Source of the DNA: an uncultured Clostridia bacterium
Lineage (GTDB): Bacteria > Bacillota > Clostridia > TANB77 > CAG-508
Assembly (NCBI GenBank): GCA_947629085.1
Contig: CANRCM010000004.1
Coordinates: 1-40,860, forward strand
Length of the DNA stretch: 40,860 nt
Direction of reading: 5' to 3'
Each line of letters opens with the position of its first letter. The first letter of the stretch is position 1. Shown in pieces: positions 1 through 11,546 of this stretch. Below the pieces are notes generated by a model. That model was not told where the DNA came from. It made no database searches and saw only the letters and a list, made by a program, of their open reading frames with translations. Position numbers and translations under genes: made by a program.

Positions 1-72
<72 letters not shown>

Positions 73-94
73 AATTTTCTCCTAACAATTATAA

Positions 95-123
95 ATTATA
101 AATGTTTTTTATGTTTTTGTCAA
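95..123 (-). promoter_or_regulatory. Perfect sigma-A promoter for tRNA-Gly
   Basis: TTGACA (123-118), 17-nt spacer, TATAAT (100-95), about 22 nt upstream of the tRNA 5' end. Confidence 0.85.
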
Positions 124-196
124 TATATATTTAGATTTTTTTGATTTTATTTTTAAATTGTTTTTTATTTTTTAATCTCTATGTTATTTTTGATAA

Positions 197-925
197 TTAA
201 AACAATTCTTCCAACTTATATTCTTTTTCCATCTTTTCATTAAAGTATATTTTTGATATTAATTTTAATTCATCTAATGACTTATCCTTTAAATTAAAAG
301 AGTATAACTTTTTAGATGGTGCTGTTATAATATATTTTAATGCGTTTTTTGTACTTTCATTTATTTTAATTGTAGATGTGTCTAGCTTTTCACACATATT
401 ACATTTAAATCCATTATCTTTTATACTAAAAGATGTAATATTATCTTTTTCTTCACAAGTTGTACATTTTTCAACATTAGGCAAAAATCCAGTTATGCTT
501 AACAATCTCATTTTAAAGATGCTTAAAATTAAATCCAAACTTTTTTCAGTTTCTGATATTGTATAAAGAGTATTTAGTAACAATTGTAATATTTTATAGC
601 AATTTTGATTTTCACTAGTGATATCATTAATAATTTTATTTATATGTATAGCATATTTTAACTTATCCAGGTCAGTTCTTAAATTATAAAAAATTTCTAT
701 TGGCTCTACTGAATTTATGTGGTATGTATTGGTTCCTTTATACATAATATATTCACCAAAACAAAATATTTGCGTGCCTGCTAAAAGGGCACTTTTCGGT
801 CTTCTTGCCCCTTTAGCAACACACGATATTTTTCCTATTCCAGGAGTTAACATTGTTAGCATTTTATCAAAGTCTCCTAGATTACTTTCAGATAATATTA
901 TTCCATTCATCTTTACATTTGCCAT
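197..925 (-). CDS. recO: DNA repair protein RecO
   Basis: N-terminal OB-fold motif (GIILSESNLGDFDKMLTMLT..GKISCVAKGARRPKS), CxxC..CxxC zinc finger, era-yqzL-recO synteny. Confidence 0.95.
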   Translation of the reverse strand: MANVKMNGIILSESNLGDFDKMLTMLTPGIGKISCVAKGARRPKSALLAGTQIFCFGEYIMYKGTNTYHINSVEPIEIFYNLRTDLDKLKYAIHINKIINDITSENQNCYKILQLLLNTLYTISETEKSLDLILSIFKMRLLSITGFLPNVEKCTTCEEKDNITSFSIKDNGFKCNMCEKLDTSTIKINESTKNALKYIITAPSKKLYSFNLKDKSLDELKLISKIYFNEKMEKEYKLEELF

Positions 926-1070
926 TTTTCTTTATATCCTTTTCTATTTCTATATTGTTTATTTTTTCTGAATTTATTTGTTCTTCTATATTTTCAATTT
1001 GTTTTAATTCTAAAAATGCATTTATATCTCCTGTTTTTTTAAAGGTATTCCATGCTATTTTTCTTATCAT
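888..1070 (-). CDS. YqzL-family small protein
   Basis: AWNTFKKTGDINAFLEL resembles the YqzL signature. It lies between era and recO, with an AAGGAG RBS before ATG 1070. Confidence 0.75.
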   Translation of the reverse strand: MIRKIAWNTFKKTGDINAFLELKQIENIEEQINSEKINNIEIEKDIKKNGKCKDEWNNII

Positions 1071-1156
1071 AAGCTTCACTTCCTTTATAATTTAATTAAA
1101 GTTTTACCTTTAATTTTATCTTTTGCTTTTTATAACAGTTTTATTCAATTTAATTT

Positions 1157-2071
1157 TTATTTCAATTTAAATTTATTCACAATTGAATTGTTATCTTGCC
1201 AATCTTCTTTTACTTTTACCCATGTTTTTAAATTTATTTTAATACCAAAATTTTTTTCCATATCAATCCTTGCAGATCTACCTATTTTTTTTAGCATCTC
1301 ACCATTTTTGCCTATAATAATACCTTTATGTGAATTTCTTAAACAATATATAGTTGCTTCAATATCATATATTGGTTCATTATTTTTATTTTTTCTTTCT
1401 TTCATTTTTTCTACTTCTATATATATACCATGAGGAACTTCTTCTTGTAATAATTTTAAAGCTTTTTCCCTAATAGTTTCTTCTGCCAATTGCCTTAAAG
1501 TTTGATCTGTATATTCATCTATATTATAATATGCTGGACCATCTTTTAAGTTCTTTTCTATTTCATCTAAAATAATTTCTTTATATTTTATATTAGTTGC
1601 TGAAATTGGTATTACTGATGTAAAGTTATATTCTTTACTGTATATATCTATTAAATTTAATAAATTTTCTTTTTTTATTAAATCTATTTTATTTATAATC
1701 AATATCGTTTTTCTTTTTAACTCTTTTATTTTATTAAGAATTATTCTATCACCTTTACCTATTTGTGTACTTGTAGCTTCTATCAAAAATAAAACCACAT
1801 CACTGTCATTCAAACTCATAAAAGATGTATCTACCATTGCTTCATTTAATTTTGTTTTTGGCTTATGAATACCTGGTGTATCAATAAAAATTATTTGAGA
1901 ATTTTTTCTATTAACTATTCCCTTTATTGCTGTTCTTGTTGTTTGGACTTTATTTGCAATCGCCGCAATTTTTTCTCCTACTAGTAAATTTAACAACGTA
2001 GATTTTCCTACATTCGTTCTTCCAATTAATGTTACAAATCCCGATTTAAATTCTACTTGTGTTTCTTTCAT
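1157..2071 (-). CDS. era: GTPase Era
   Basis: FKSGFVTLIGRTNVGKSTL, QTTR, DTPG, NKID motifs and KH-domain GIIIGKNG. Start placed at ATG 2071 after GGAGG. Confidence 0.97.
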   Translation of the reverse strand: MKETQVEFKSGFVTLIGRTNVGKSTLLNLLVGEKIAAIANKVQTTRTAIKGIVNRKNSQIIFIDTPGIHKPKTKLNEAMVDTSFMSLNDSDVVLFLIEATSTQIGKGDRIILNKIKELKRKTILIINKIDLIKKENLLNLIDIYSKEYNFTSVIPISATNIKYKEIILDEIEKNLKDGPAYYNIDEYTDQTLRQLAEETIREKALKLLQEEVPHGIYIEVEKMKERKNKNNEPIYDIEATIYCLRNSHKGIIIGKNGEMLKKIGRSARIDMEKNFGIKINLKTWVKVKEDWQDNNSIVNKFKLK

Positions 2072-2201
2072 TTTTTCCTCCATTTTTATATTCTTTTAAA
2101 ATAATACATTTATATTATACACTACTTTTTTGCTAAATTTGTAGAAATTACAAATTTAATTATTATTTTATTGTCAATGTTAATCATGAATAAATATATA
2201 C

Positions 2202-2229
2202 AAAAAATGCAGATTTCTCTGCATTTTTT
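2202..2229 (-). terminator. Intrinsic terminator after the GT4 gene
   Basis: AAAAAATGCAGA-TTTC-TCTGCATTTTTT perfect inverted repeat with A/T tails, just past the stop codon. Confidence 0.8.
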
Positions 2230-2240
2230 CTTTTGTTTTA

Positions 2241-3533
2241 TTATGCATATGCCTGACGTTTTTTAAAGCTAAGTAAATTTGTGATTTCATTTTCTGTATT
2301 TTTAACTTTTCTTGTTTTCTTTGCTCTTTCTTGTTCTAATTCTCTTTTTTGTTTTTCAGCAACAGATTGACATATTGCCTTCTGATATGTAAAATGCGTA
2401 TCTTGAGCAATTTTACTCCAATTATATTCATTTCTTACTTTATTTTTTGCTTTTTTAGTTATATCTGCACATAATTTATAATCATATAATAATTCTAAAA
2501 TAGAATCTGCAATTGAATTAGGATTACCACAATATGCTTTCATTCCATTTACTCTATGTTCTACTATCTCATCTAACCCACCTATATCAGACACTACAAC
2601 TGGATTTTCTGATAACATCGCTTCCAATGCAACAATTCCAAACGGTTCATATGTACTTGGAAATACTGCTATATCTGCAGCTTTATACATTTTTTGAACA
2701 TCTTTCCCATTCATATAACCCGCAAAATAGACTTTATTTCCTATACCCATTGCTTCTGCTTGTCTTTGTAATTCTTCTTGCATTTCACCTTTTCCACATA
2801 TTATAAGTTTACTGTCTCTATACCCCTCTAATATTTTAGGCATAGCTGATATTAAATGTTGCACTCCTTTTTCATAAACTAATCTGCCCATAAATAATAT
2901 GATTTTCTCATTATCCATTGCATATTTTCTTCTAAAATTATAATCTCTTTCAACTCCATTAAATAAACTTAAATTCACACCATTTGGTATCACATTTATT
3001 TTCTCATATGGCAAACCAAATAATCTTTGTAATTCATTTTTCATATAATTACTATTAACTATTACTTCTGCAGATTCATATGTTAACATCCATTCTGTAT
3101 CATTTATATATCTTTGTTGTTCATCATGTATTCCACTATTTCTTCCAGCCTCTGTTGCATGTATTGTCGCAACTATGGGAATATTATAAGAATTTTTTAA
3201 TGTCTTTGCAGTATATGCAACTAACCAATCATGTGCATGAATAACATCAAAATATCCTTGTTCGGATATGATTTCATTTACTTTTGCTATCATATTAAAA
3301 TTTAATTGCATAACCCAATCTATAAAATTATTAGGATTTATCATATATGTATCTACTCTATATACTTTTACTCCTTTATCTATTTCAAAATATGGAGCAT
3401 TACCTTCTCTATATGTTACTACCGTTACATCATGACCATCTTTTAATAGTGTTCTTGATATATCATATACTACTCTAGAAATTCCTCCTACCACTCTTGG
3501 TGGATATTCCCATGTTAACATTAGTATTTTCAT
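2241..3533 (-). CDS. Glycosyltransferase family 4 (glycogen-synthase-like GT-B)
   Basis: MKILMLTWEYPPRVVGG, HAHDW, GRLVYEKG and PSTYEPFGIVALEAM (ExF..E) motifs. Confidence 0.9.
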   Translation of the reverse strand: MKILMLTWEYPPRVVGGISRVVYDISRTLLKDGHDVTVVTYREGNAPYFEIDKGVKVYRVDTYMINPNNFIDWVMQLNFNMIAKVNEIISEQGYFDVIHAHDWLVAYTAKTLKNSYNIPIVATIHATEAGRNSGIHDEQQRYINDTEWMLTYESAEVIVNSNYMKNELQRLFGLPYEKINVIPNGVNLSLFNGVERDYNFRRKYAMDNEKIILFMGRLVYEKGVQHLISAMPKILEGYRDSKLIICGKGEMQEELQRQAEAMGIGNKVYFAGYMNGKDVQKMYKAADIAVFPSTYEPFGIVALEAMLSENPVVVSDIGGLDEIVEHRVNGMKAYCGNPNSIADSILELLYDYKLCADITKKAKNKVRNEYNWSKIAQDTHFTYQKAICQSVAEKQKRELEQERAKKTRKVKNTENEITNLLSFKKRQAYA

Positions 3534-3682
3534 TAAAAACTCTTCCTTCCCCATTTTTACATTTTCTTCCGTTTTTTATATATTATCCTATTTTTTGACA
3601 TTTTTCTTTTTTATATTGTATACAAATTTTTAAAAAAAGTAAATATTTTTTTAAAAAAACATTTACTTTTTAAAATTTATTT

Positions 3683-5167
3683 TTATTCTTCCTGATTATT
3701 ATTACTTTCTTCGTCATCGTTATTATTTTGATTCTCTTGATTTTGTTCATTGCTCTGTTCTTCTTGTACTACATTCTCTTTACTTGTCTGATTTGTTATA
3801 TTTGAATTATCATTATTATTATTTTCTGGGGATACTGCTACAACACCTAAACTTTTTAAAAATTCTTCTGCATTATAGGTTCTATTATTTGCTGATATAA
3901 TATATTTCTTATCATTACCTTCGATATCAATATAAATATCATCAGCTATTGGTGCAAATAATTCTTTACCTAATGAATTTATTAATGTATACTTTTTATC
4001 TTTACAAGCAACTATTGTGTTATAATTAGGAATTACTAATAAACTATATACCTTATTATTTGAAGAAACATATCCAAAACTATCATATACATAATCTACT
4101 ACTTTATTTCCGTTTATATCATATAGTCCCCAATATTTGTCTTTCTTTACAGGAATCAATTTGTCAGCAATTATATATTTATTTTTTATATCATTTCTTT
4201 CAAATTTGGATAAATCTACATCTAGTCCTATATTATCATTATTAATATCTATTTTGATATTTCCCCTTACGTCTAATACACCATATTGATTATCTTTTTG
4301 TACTAAAAATAATTTTGATTGGCTATCCATTAATTTTATATTATCATATGTTATTCTTATCTTTGTCGTACCATCTTTAGCTAGAACTCCTAATTTTTTA
4401 TTAGTCTCTACTATAAAATCACCTGTATCAGCTAAATAAGTAATATTGTCATATTTAGCTTCTAATATAGGTTCTCCATTTGTTGCCCTAATTACTCCCA
4501 TTGTTTTATCATCTTTTTTTACTACAATCATGTCATTCAATACAGCTTTCTTATTCGCAAATACATCACTAATCTCTTTGTAGCCATAGTCTAATACTTT
4601 TGATGTATATGCGTTTATTAAATATGGCATTGTTAAAATAGTAATGGTATTTTTATTTTTATCATATTCAAAACTTACATTAAAGGCTTTTTCTATTGCA
4701 CTTTTTTCAGCATATAATTTTCCATCTATTGATTTTACTGGATAATTTGTTTCTTCATACTCATAATTATTATCTGCTTGTGTTATATCTAATTTCCAAA
4801 TTTCTTTTGAACCTAACTCAAAATTAGCTACTTCTTCATTTCCATTAGTTTCAGCATAACATTTATATGAATTTTCTGATTTTTCTAAATAATCTCCATC
4901 GAAACTTTTATATCCTAAATAAGGAGCAATAGCTTTTATTTGAACATATATTGTTCCATCGTCTCCTATTTGTAAAGTATCTTTTATACTTTCATTATTT
5001 TTTCCATCTAAATATATTTTTAATTTGCTATTTTGAATTTGAGCTAAATATATTAAAATACCAATAATAGATATTAAAACTATTACAATTAAAATTAATA
5101 TAATAGTTGTTGTTCTTTTTTTCTTTTTTTTCTCTTTATTTTGAAAACTTTCTTCCATTAAATTCAT
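3683..5167 (-). CDS. Membrane-anchored WG-repeat protein with a copper-amine-oxidase-like (stalk) N-terminal region and an N/Q/E-rich tail
   Basis: Basic N-terminus plus one TM helix. Repeats such as KYWGLYDINGNKVVDYVYD and NQYGVLDVRGNIKI. Low-complexity C-terminus. Confidence 0.7.
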   Translation of the reverse strand: MNLMEESFQNKEKKKKKRTTTIILILIVIVLISIIGILIYLAQIQNSKLKIYLDGKNNESIKDTLQIGDDGTIYVQIKAIAPYLGYKSFDGDYLEKSENSYKCYAETNGNEEVANFELGSKEIWKLDITQADNNYEYEETNYPVKSIDGKLYAEKSAIEKAFNVSFEYDKNKNTITILTMPYLINAYTSKVLDYGYKEISDVFANKKAVLNDMIVVKKDDKTMGVIRATNGEPILEAKYDNITYLADTGDFIVETNKKLGVLAKDGTTKIRITYDNIKLMDSQSKLFLVQKDNQYGVLDVRGNIKIDINNDNIGLDVDLSKFERNDIKNKYIIADKLIPVKKDKYWGLYDINGNKVVDYVYDSFGYVSSNNKVYSLLVIPNYNTIVACKDKKYTLINSLGKELFAPIADDIYIDIEGNDKKYIISANNRTYNAEEFLKSLGVVAVSPENNNNDNSNITNQTSKENVVQEEQSNEQNQENQNNNDDEESNNNQEE

Positions 5168-5178
5168 TTGTATTCCCC

Positions 5179-6324
<1,146 letters not shown>

Positions 6325-7347
6325 TTATAAAATTAACATTGCATCTCCAAAACTAAAAAAGCGATATCTTTCTTTTACTGCTTCTTCATATGCTTTTATA
6401 ATATAGTCTTTTCCTGCTAATGCAGATACTAACATAAGTAAAGTTGATTGTGGTAAATGAAAATTTGTTACTAATCCATCTAAACATTTAAATTTATATC
6501 CTGGATAAATGAATATTTGTGTATCTCCTTCTGTCTCTTTTACCAAACCTCTTTCATCTGCAATAGTTTCTAATACTCTACAAGAAGTAGTTCCCACTGC
6601 TATCACCCTATTACCATTGTTCTTTGCTTTATTAATCTTTTCTACATCTTCTTGTTTTATATAAAAATGTTCTGAATGCATTTGATGATTTTCTACAGTT
6701 TCTTCTTTTACTGGTCTGAATGTTCCTATTCCTACATGTAAGGTTACATTTGCTATATTAATTCCTTTTTCTTCTATTTTTTTTAATAATTCTGGAGTAA
6801 AGTGCAATCCTGCAGTAGGAGCCGCTGCTGAGCCATTATATTTTGCATATACTGTTTGATATCTATCTTTTTGTTTTAATTCTTCGTGAATATATGGAGG
6901 AAGTGGCATCAGTCCTATTTCATCTAGAATTTCATTAAATATTCCTTTATACTGAAATTCAACTTTTCTTGTTCCTCCTGGCATTATATCTAAAATTTTA
7001 GCTTCTAATAAATTATCTCCAAATATAACTTTTGTTCCTACATGTAATTTATTTCCTGGCCTTACTATTGTTTCCCAAATATCTCCTTCTATATTATTCA
7101 ATAATAAAAATTCAACATTTGCTCCAGTTTCTTTCTTACCATACAGCCTTGCAGGTATTACTTTAGTGTTGTTTCTTACCAATACATCTCCTGGATTTAA
7201 ATAGTTTATAATATCTTTAAATTTCTTATGTTCTATTGTTAGTTTTTCTTTATTTAATATCATAAGCCTTGATTCATCTCTTTTTTCAATTGGAGTTTGT
7301 GCTATTAATTCTTTTGGTAAATCATAATTAAATTCTGATACTTTCAA
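6325..7347 (-). CDS. queA: S-adenosylmethionine:tRNA ribosyltransferase-isomerase
   Basis: [42 protein letters not shown] motifs. TTG start. Confidence 0.97.
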   Translation of the reverse strand: MKVSEFNYDLPKELIAQTPIEKRDESRLMILNKEKLTIEHKKFKDIINYLNPGDVLVRNNTKVIPARLYGKKETGANVEFLLLNNIEGDIWETIVRPGNKLHVGTKVIFGDNLLEAKILDIMPGGTRKVEFQYKGIFNEILDEIGLMPLPPYIHEELKQKDRYQTVYAKYNGSAAAPTAGLHFTPELLKKIEEKGINIANVTLHVGIGTFRPVKEETVENHQMHSEHFYIKQEDVEKINKAKNNGNRVIAVGTTSCRVLETIADERGLVKETEGDTQIFIYPGYKFKCLDGLVTNFHLPQSTLLMLVSALAGKDYIIKAYEEAVKERYRFFSFGDAMLIL

Positions 7348-7369
7348 TTTTGTTCCTCTTTCCTAAATT

Positions 7370-8735
7370 TTAATCACTTTGTCGTTTATCTAAATATTTT
7401 ACTCTATTTATTAAATTAGTAAATATTTCTTTTAATTCTTCTATTATATTTTCTGGTTGTTTAAATTCTTCTATTGTATACGCATATTTAAAGGCTGAGC
7501 TTTTGACTGGTTTTAAATTATATACTTGTTCTGGTAACCCAACATATTCTGAAGTAGTTTTTATATTTTTATTCATATAATCTGTATACCACTTTTTTTG
7601 TCCTACTAACATCTCATTTTTATAACCATATTGTTCATAAGAATGAAGTTCTGGTATTTCATATCCATACTCTTTTGCTGTTCTTTCTAGTGAATGTAAA
7701 AATTCATGTAAAAATACTTCTTCTGGAAATTGATTTATGCTTTTATTATATTTATATATATAACTATTTGAATTATTTGGTAATCTTATATTTGAAAAAC
7801 CTATTCCATAATAGTCCATTGAACCTAATCCAATCCAGTCATTTACTTGAATGTCGTTGTTTCTATTATTATCGTCTCCGAAGCCTTATAACAGCAAATA
7901 TATGATCATACTCATTATTAGAAATGATGTCTTTTATCTGTGCTTCTACATCTTCTGGAGAAACATAGTATGCAAATTTATCATCATATGATAATTTTGT
8001 AAGAGGTTCTTCTATTTCATATATCGTATATTTTGCAGTCATTTTTCCTTTTGACAATGTATTACAAGCAGAAGAAAATCTTTGTAATGTATCTTTTATA
8101 TCTTTTATATCACTATTAGTAACATTTAATTTGCTTTGTTTATCTCCTATTGTAACATCTGTTGTCTTAAAAATAAAACACGCAAAATTCCATTCATTAT
8201 TATTAGAAGAATCTGTTCCCTCTTCCAATTTAAAATCTGAAAACCAAGCACTCCCTTTTGCATTTCCTAGGTAGCCTCCTAGTCTAAATCCAATATTAAC
8301 TTCTTCTCTATCTTTAGAATTAAATATTAATTCTATTTTTTTCCAATCTGAAGTACCTGTTATTGCTATTGATCTCTCTGTTGATCCCTCTATAGATATT
8401 TGTGCACCTATTCCAGATTTATTTTCTTTTGAAGTTATATTTTCTGTTCTTATCATACAAGAAACTTTGTATGGCTGATTTTTTTCTAATTTTACTGTTT
8501 TATAAAACATTGCATCATTATATTCTTCTGAAGATATTTTATAACTTCTTTTATTAGAAAACTTAATATCAGAATCTCTAATAAATTCTGATGTATATAA
8601 ATTACTTTCACATTTAACAAATTTATCAAAATTATTTTTTTGATAAATTTGATACGTAAAATATAGTATTGCACATAGGCAAAGTAATGTAAAAACATAT
8701 CTTACTTTGCCTATTATTTTTTCTCTATTTTTCAT
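7370..8735 (-). CDS. Membrane-anchored CBM4/9-like plus HEXXH metallopeptidase-like protein of about 454 aa, joined by a +1 shift at CGGA 7880-7877
   Basis: ORF 8753-7869 ends IRL-CGG-AGA-CGA-TAA. Skipping C7880 gives an open frame GDDNNRNNDIQVNDWIGLGS running into ORF 7819-7370, which contains FLHEFLHSLE. N-terminal TM and a jelly-roll-like segment (YKVSCMIRT..WKKIELIF..GSAWFSDFKLEE). Start at ATG 8735 after GGAG. Confidence 0.7.
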
Positions 8736-8769
8736 AAATAAATTTTTCTCCAACTTACTTATTCTTATG

Positions 8770-10902
8770 TTATTTAGTATCTTGATTTTTATCTACGTCA
8801 TCTAATAAGTCCTTCATAGTAAGATTTATCCTGTCTTGGTCATCAATTCCTGTTACTTTTACTGTTACTTTATCACCTACATGAAGTACATCTTCAACTT
8901 TATTAACCCTTTCTTTTGATATTTGAGAAATGTGTAATAAACCTTCTTTTCCTCCACAACCTAAATCTATAAATGCTCCAAAGTTCATTATCCTTACAAC
9001 TTCTCCATAGTATATTCCTCCGACTTCTACTTCTCTCACAATATCTTCCACCATTTCTAAGGCTTGGTTTGCTTTTTCATTATCTGTTGAATAAATAAAT
9101 ACTTGTCCATCTTCCTCTATATCTATTTTTACCCCTGTTTCATCAATGATTTTATTTATCATTTTTCCACCAGGTCCTATTACATCTTTTATTTTATCTA
9201 CTTTAATTGTTGTACTAACTATTCTTGGTGCATATTTAGATACTTCTTCTCTTGGCTCTGAAATAACTGGTTTCATAATATCATTTAAAATATATTCTCT
9301 TGCTTTTCTTGTTCTTTCAAATGCTTCAGCAATTATTTGGTATGTTAATCCATCACATTTTATATCAACTTGAATAGCTGTAATACCTTTTTCAGTTCCT
9401 CCTACTTTAAAATCCATATCTCCAAAGAAATCCTCTAGCCCTTGAATATCAACTAGCATTACATAATCTTCATCATCATCTGGATTTGTTACTAATCCTG
9501 TTGAAATACCTGCAACTGGTCTTTTTATAGGTACACCAGCATCCATTAAAGATAATGTACTTCCACAAATACTAGCTTGTGAAGTTGAACCATTAGAAGA
9601 TAATACTTCAGATACAACTCTTATTGCATATGGAAATTCTTCTTTTGATGGTAATACTGGAACTAATGCTTTTTCAGCTAATGCTCCATGTCCTACCTCT
9701 CTTCTTCCCGGGCCCCTTGATGGTCTTGCTTCCCCTACTGAATAACTTGGGAAATTATAATGATGCATATATCTCTTTGATTCTTCTGTGTCAATTCCAT
9801 CTAATACTTGTTCTTCGCTTATCATTCCTAATGTTGCAATTGACATTACTTGAGTTTGTCCTCTAGTAAACAATGCACTACCATGAACTCTTGGAAGTAG
9901 TCCTACTTCACATGATAGAGGTCTTATTTCATCTAGTTTTCTTCCGTCAACTCTTTTATGTTCTACAAATATCATGTTTCTTACACATTTCTTTTCTAAT
10001 TTGTATATTGCTTCTCCAATATCGGCTTTATGTTCTTCAAAAGTTTCTTCTCCAAATTTTTCTGTGTAAGCTTTCTCAATCTTATTTGTTAGTTCATCTA
10101 TATTTTTGTCTCTTTGTTCTTTATCTGATTCTTGAACTTTCTCTTTCATTTCTTCTTTAAAATTTGATTCAACAAATTCATATACATCATGGTCTACCTC
10201 AAATGATTTATATTCAAATTTTGGTTTTCCAATTTCTTTTTGAATATTAGAAATAAATTTACATATTTTTTTAATTTCTACATGAGCTGTTTTAATAGCA
10301 TCTAACATAACATCATCTGGCACTTCATTTGCTCCAGCTTCAATCATAGTTATTTTCTTTTCCGTTGCAGCTACTGTTAATGTTAAATCACTTTCTTCCC
10401 TTTGTTTCTCTGTTGGATTAATAATTATTTTTCCATCTATTAATCCAACATTAACTGCTGCTGTTGGTCCATTAAATGGAATATCTGAAATTGTTAAAGC
10501 TGCGGCAGCTCCTATCATTGCTGCTACTTCTGGAGAATTGTCTTGTTCTACACAAAGAACAGTTGCAACTACTACAACATCATTTCTAAAGTCTTTTGGA
10601 AATAATGGTCTTAAAGGTCTGTCGATTGCTCTTGAAGTTAGAATAGCCTTATCACTTGGTTTTCCTTCTCTTTTTAGAAATCCTCCTGGTATTTTACCTA
10701 CTGAATAAAGTTTTTCTTCAAAATCTACTGATAATGGAAAAAAATCAATTCCTTCTCTTGGTTCTTTAGAAGCTGTTACATTTACTAATACACATGTATC
10801 TCCATAGCGAACTAATACACTTCCATTAGCTAATCCTGCCATTTTTCCTGTTTCTATTACAAGTTTTCTACCTGCTAATTCTGTTTCATAAGTTTTAAAC
10901 AT
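8770..10902 (-). CDS. pnp: Polyribonucleotide nucleotidyltransferase (PNPase)
   Basis: FFPLSVDFEEK, RREVGHGALAE, SNGSTSQAS, GDMDFKVGG, KH and S1 domains. Follows rpsO. Confidence 0.98.
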   Translation of the reverse strand: MFKTYETELAGRKLVIETGKMAGLANGSVLVRYGDTCVLVNVTASKEPREGIDFFPLSVDFEEKLYSVGKIPGGFLKREGKPSDKAILTSRAIDRPLRPLFPKDFRNDVVVVATVLCVEQDNSPEVAAMIGAAAALTISDIPFNGPTAAVNVGLIDGKIIINPTEKQREESDLTLTVAATEKKITMIEAGANEVPDDVMLDAIKTAHVEIKKICKFISNIQKEIGKPKFEYKSFEVDHDVYEFVESNFKEEMKEKVQESDKEQRDKNIDELTNKIEKAYTEKFGEETFEEHKADIGEAIYKLEKKCVRNMIFVEHKRVDGRKLDEIRPLSCEVGLLPRVHGSALFTRGQTQVMSIATLGMISEEQVLDGIDTEESKRYMHHYNFPSYSVGEARPSRGPGRREVGHGALAEKALVPVLPSKEEFPYAIRVVSEVLSSNGSTSQASICGSTLSLMDAGVPIKRPVAGISTGLVTNPDDDEDYVMLVDIQGLEDFFGDMDFKVGGTEKGITAIQVDIKCDGLTYQIIAEAFERTRKAREYILNDIMKPVISEPREEVSKYAPRIVSTTIKVDKIKDVIGPGGKMINKIIDETGVKIDIEEDGQVFIYSTDNEKANQALEMVEDIVREVEVGGIYYGEVVRIMNFGAFIDLGCGGKEGLLHISQISKERVNKVEDVLHVGDKVTVKVTGIDDQDRINLTMKDLLDDVDKNQDTK

Positions 10903-10943
10903 AAATTTTCATTCCTTTCTATTTTTGTTTCGCACCTTTATAC

Positions 10944-11031
10944 ATCAAGTACATTTAGATTGTAACCTCTATAATATATTAATTTTATTTAATACATTAT
11001 ACAAGCTACTTACCTAAATTTTATACTTGAT
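10944..11031 (-). promoter_or_regulatory. Long imperfect stem-loop in the pnp leader (candidate RNase III/autoregulatory structure)
   Basis: Nested complementary blocks ATCAAGTA/TACTTGAT, ATTTAG/CTAAAT, GTAA/TTAC, TATAAT/ATTATA. Confidence 0.5.
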
Positions 11032-11055
11032 ATTTTCTAATTTTTCTAAATTTTC

Positions 11056-11096
11056 TTGATAAAAGCCCGTGCTTAAATAAGCATAGGCTTTATCAA
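11056..11096 (-). terminator. Hairpin/terminator downstream of rpsO
   Basis: Minus strand TTGATAAAGCCTATGCTT-ATTT-AAGCACGGGCTTTTATCAA forms a long stem right after the rpsO stop. Confidence 0.65.
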
Positions 11097-11102
11097 ATAA
11101 AT

Positions 11103-11366
11103 TTATTTTCTTAATCCTAATTTTTTAACAATTTCTCTATATCTATTAATATCTTTTTTAGATAAATAGTTTAATAGATTTCTTCTTTTACCAACCATCT
11201 TTAAAAGACCACGTCTTGAGTGATTATCCTTTTTATGTATTTTTAAGTGTTCGGTTAATTCATTAATTCTTTCTGTTAAAAGAGCAATTTGTACTTCTGG
11301 TGAACCAGTATCATTTTCTTCTCTTTTATAAGTATTAATAACTTCTTGTTTTCTTTCCTTTGTCAT
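11103..11366 (-). CDS. rpsO: 30S ribosomal protein S15
   Basis: [32 protein letters not shown]. Confidence 0.98.
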   Translation of the reverse strand: MTKERKQEVINTYKREENDTGSPEVQIALLTERINELTEHLKIHKKDNHSRRGLLKMVGKRRNLLNYLSKKDINRYREIVKKLGLRK

Positions 11367-11467
11367 TATTTACACCTCCTAATTTTATTCTTTCCTTTAA
11401 CTGAGCTTAAAGTTTAAGGTGCTAATCTTAAAGCTAAGAAAAAGGTATGTAATTTTTCAACATACCT

Positions 11468-11496
11468 ATTGTACTACATTTTGAAATAAATTTCAA
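11468..11496 (-). promoter_or_regulatory. Sigma-A promoter of rpsO, followed by a ~95-nt leader with hairpin potential (possible S15 leader)
   Basis: TTGAAA-17 nt-TACAAT. AGGTATG/CATACCT hairpin at 11443-11467 and further complementarity downstream. Confidence 0.6.
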
Positions 11497-11546
11497 GCTT
11501 TTTTATTATATTTTTATTTCAAAATATTTTTTATTAAATTTAATTT

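Noticed and set aside
7881-7883. prfB-like CTT slippage as the explanation of the frameshifts
   Set aside because: CTT-C could re-pair at this one site, but the other two sites have TCA and CAA in the P site. None has an upstream SD or an adjacent stop, so the common element is CGG-A.
8492-8698. 68-aa minus-strand ORF and 39909-40106 minus-strand ORF
   Set aside because: Both are alternate-frame ORFs nested in real genes, with no RBS or motif support.
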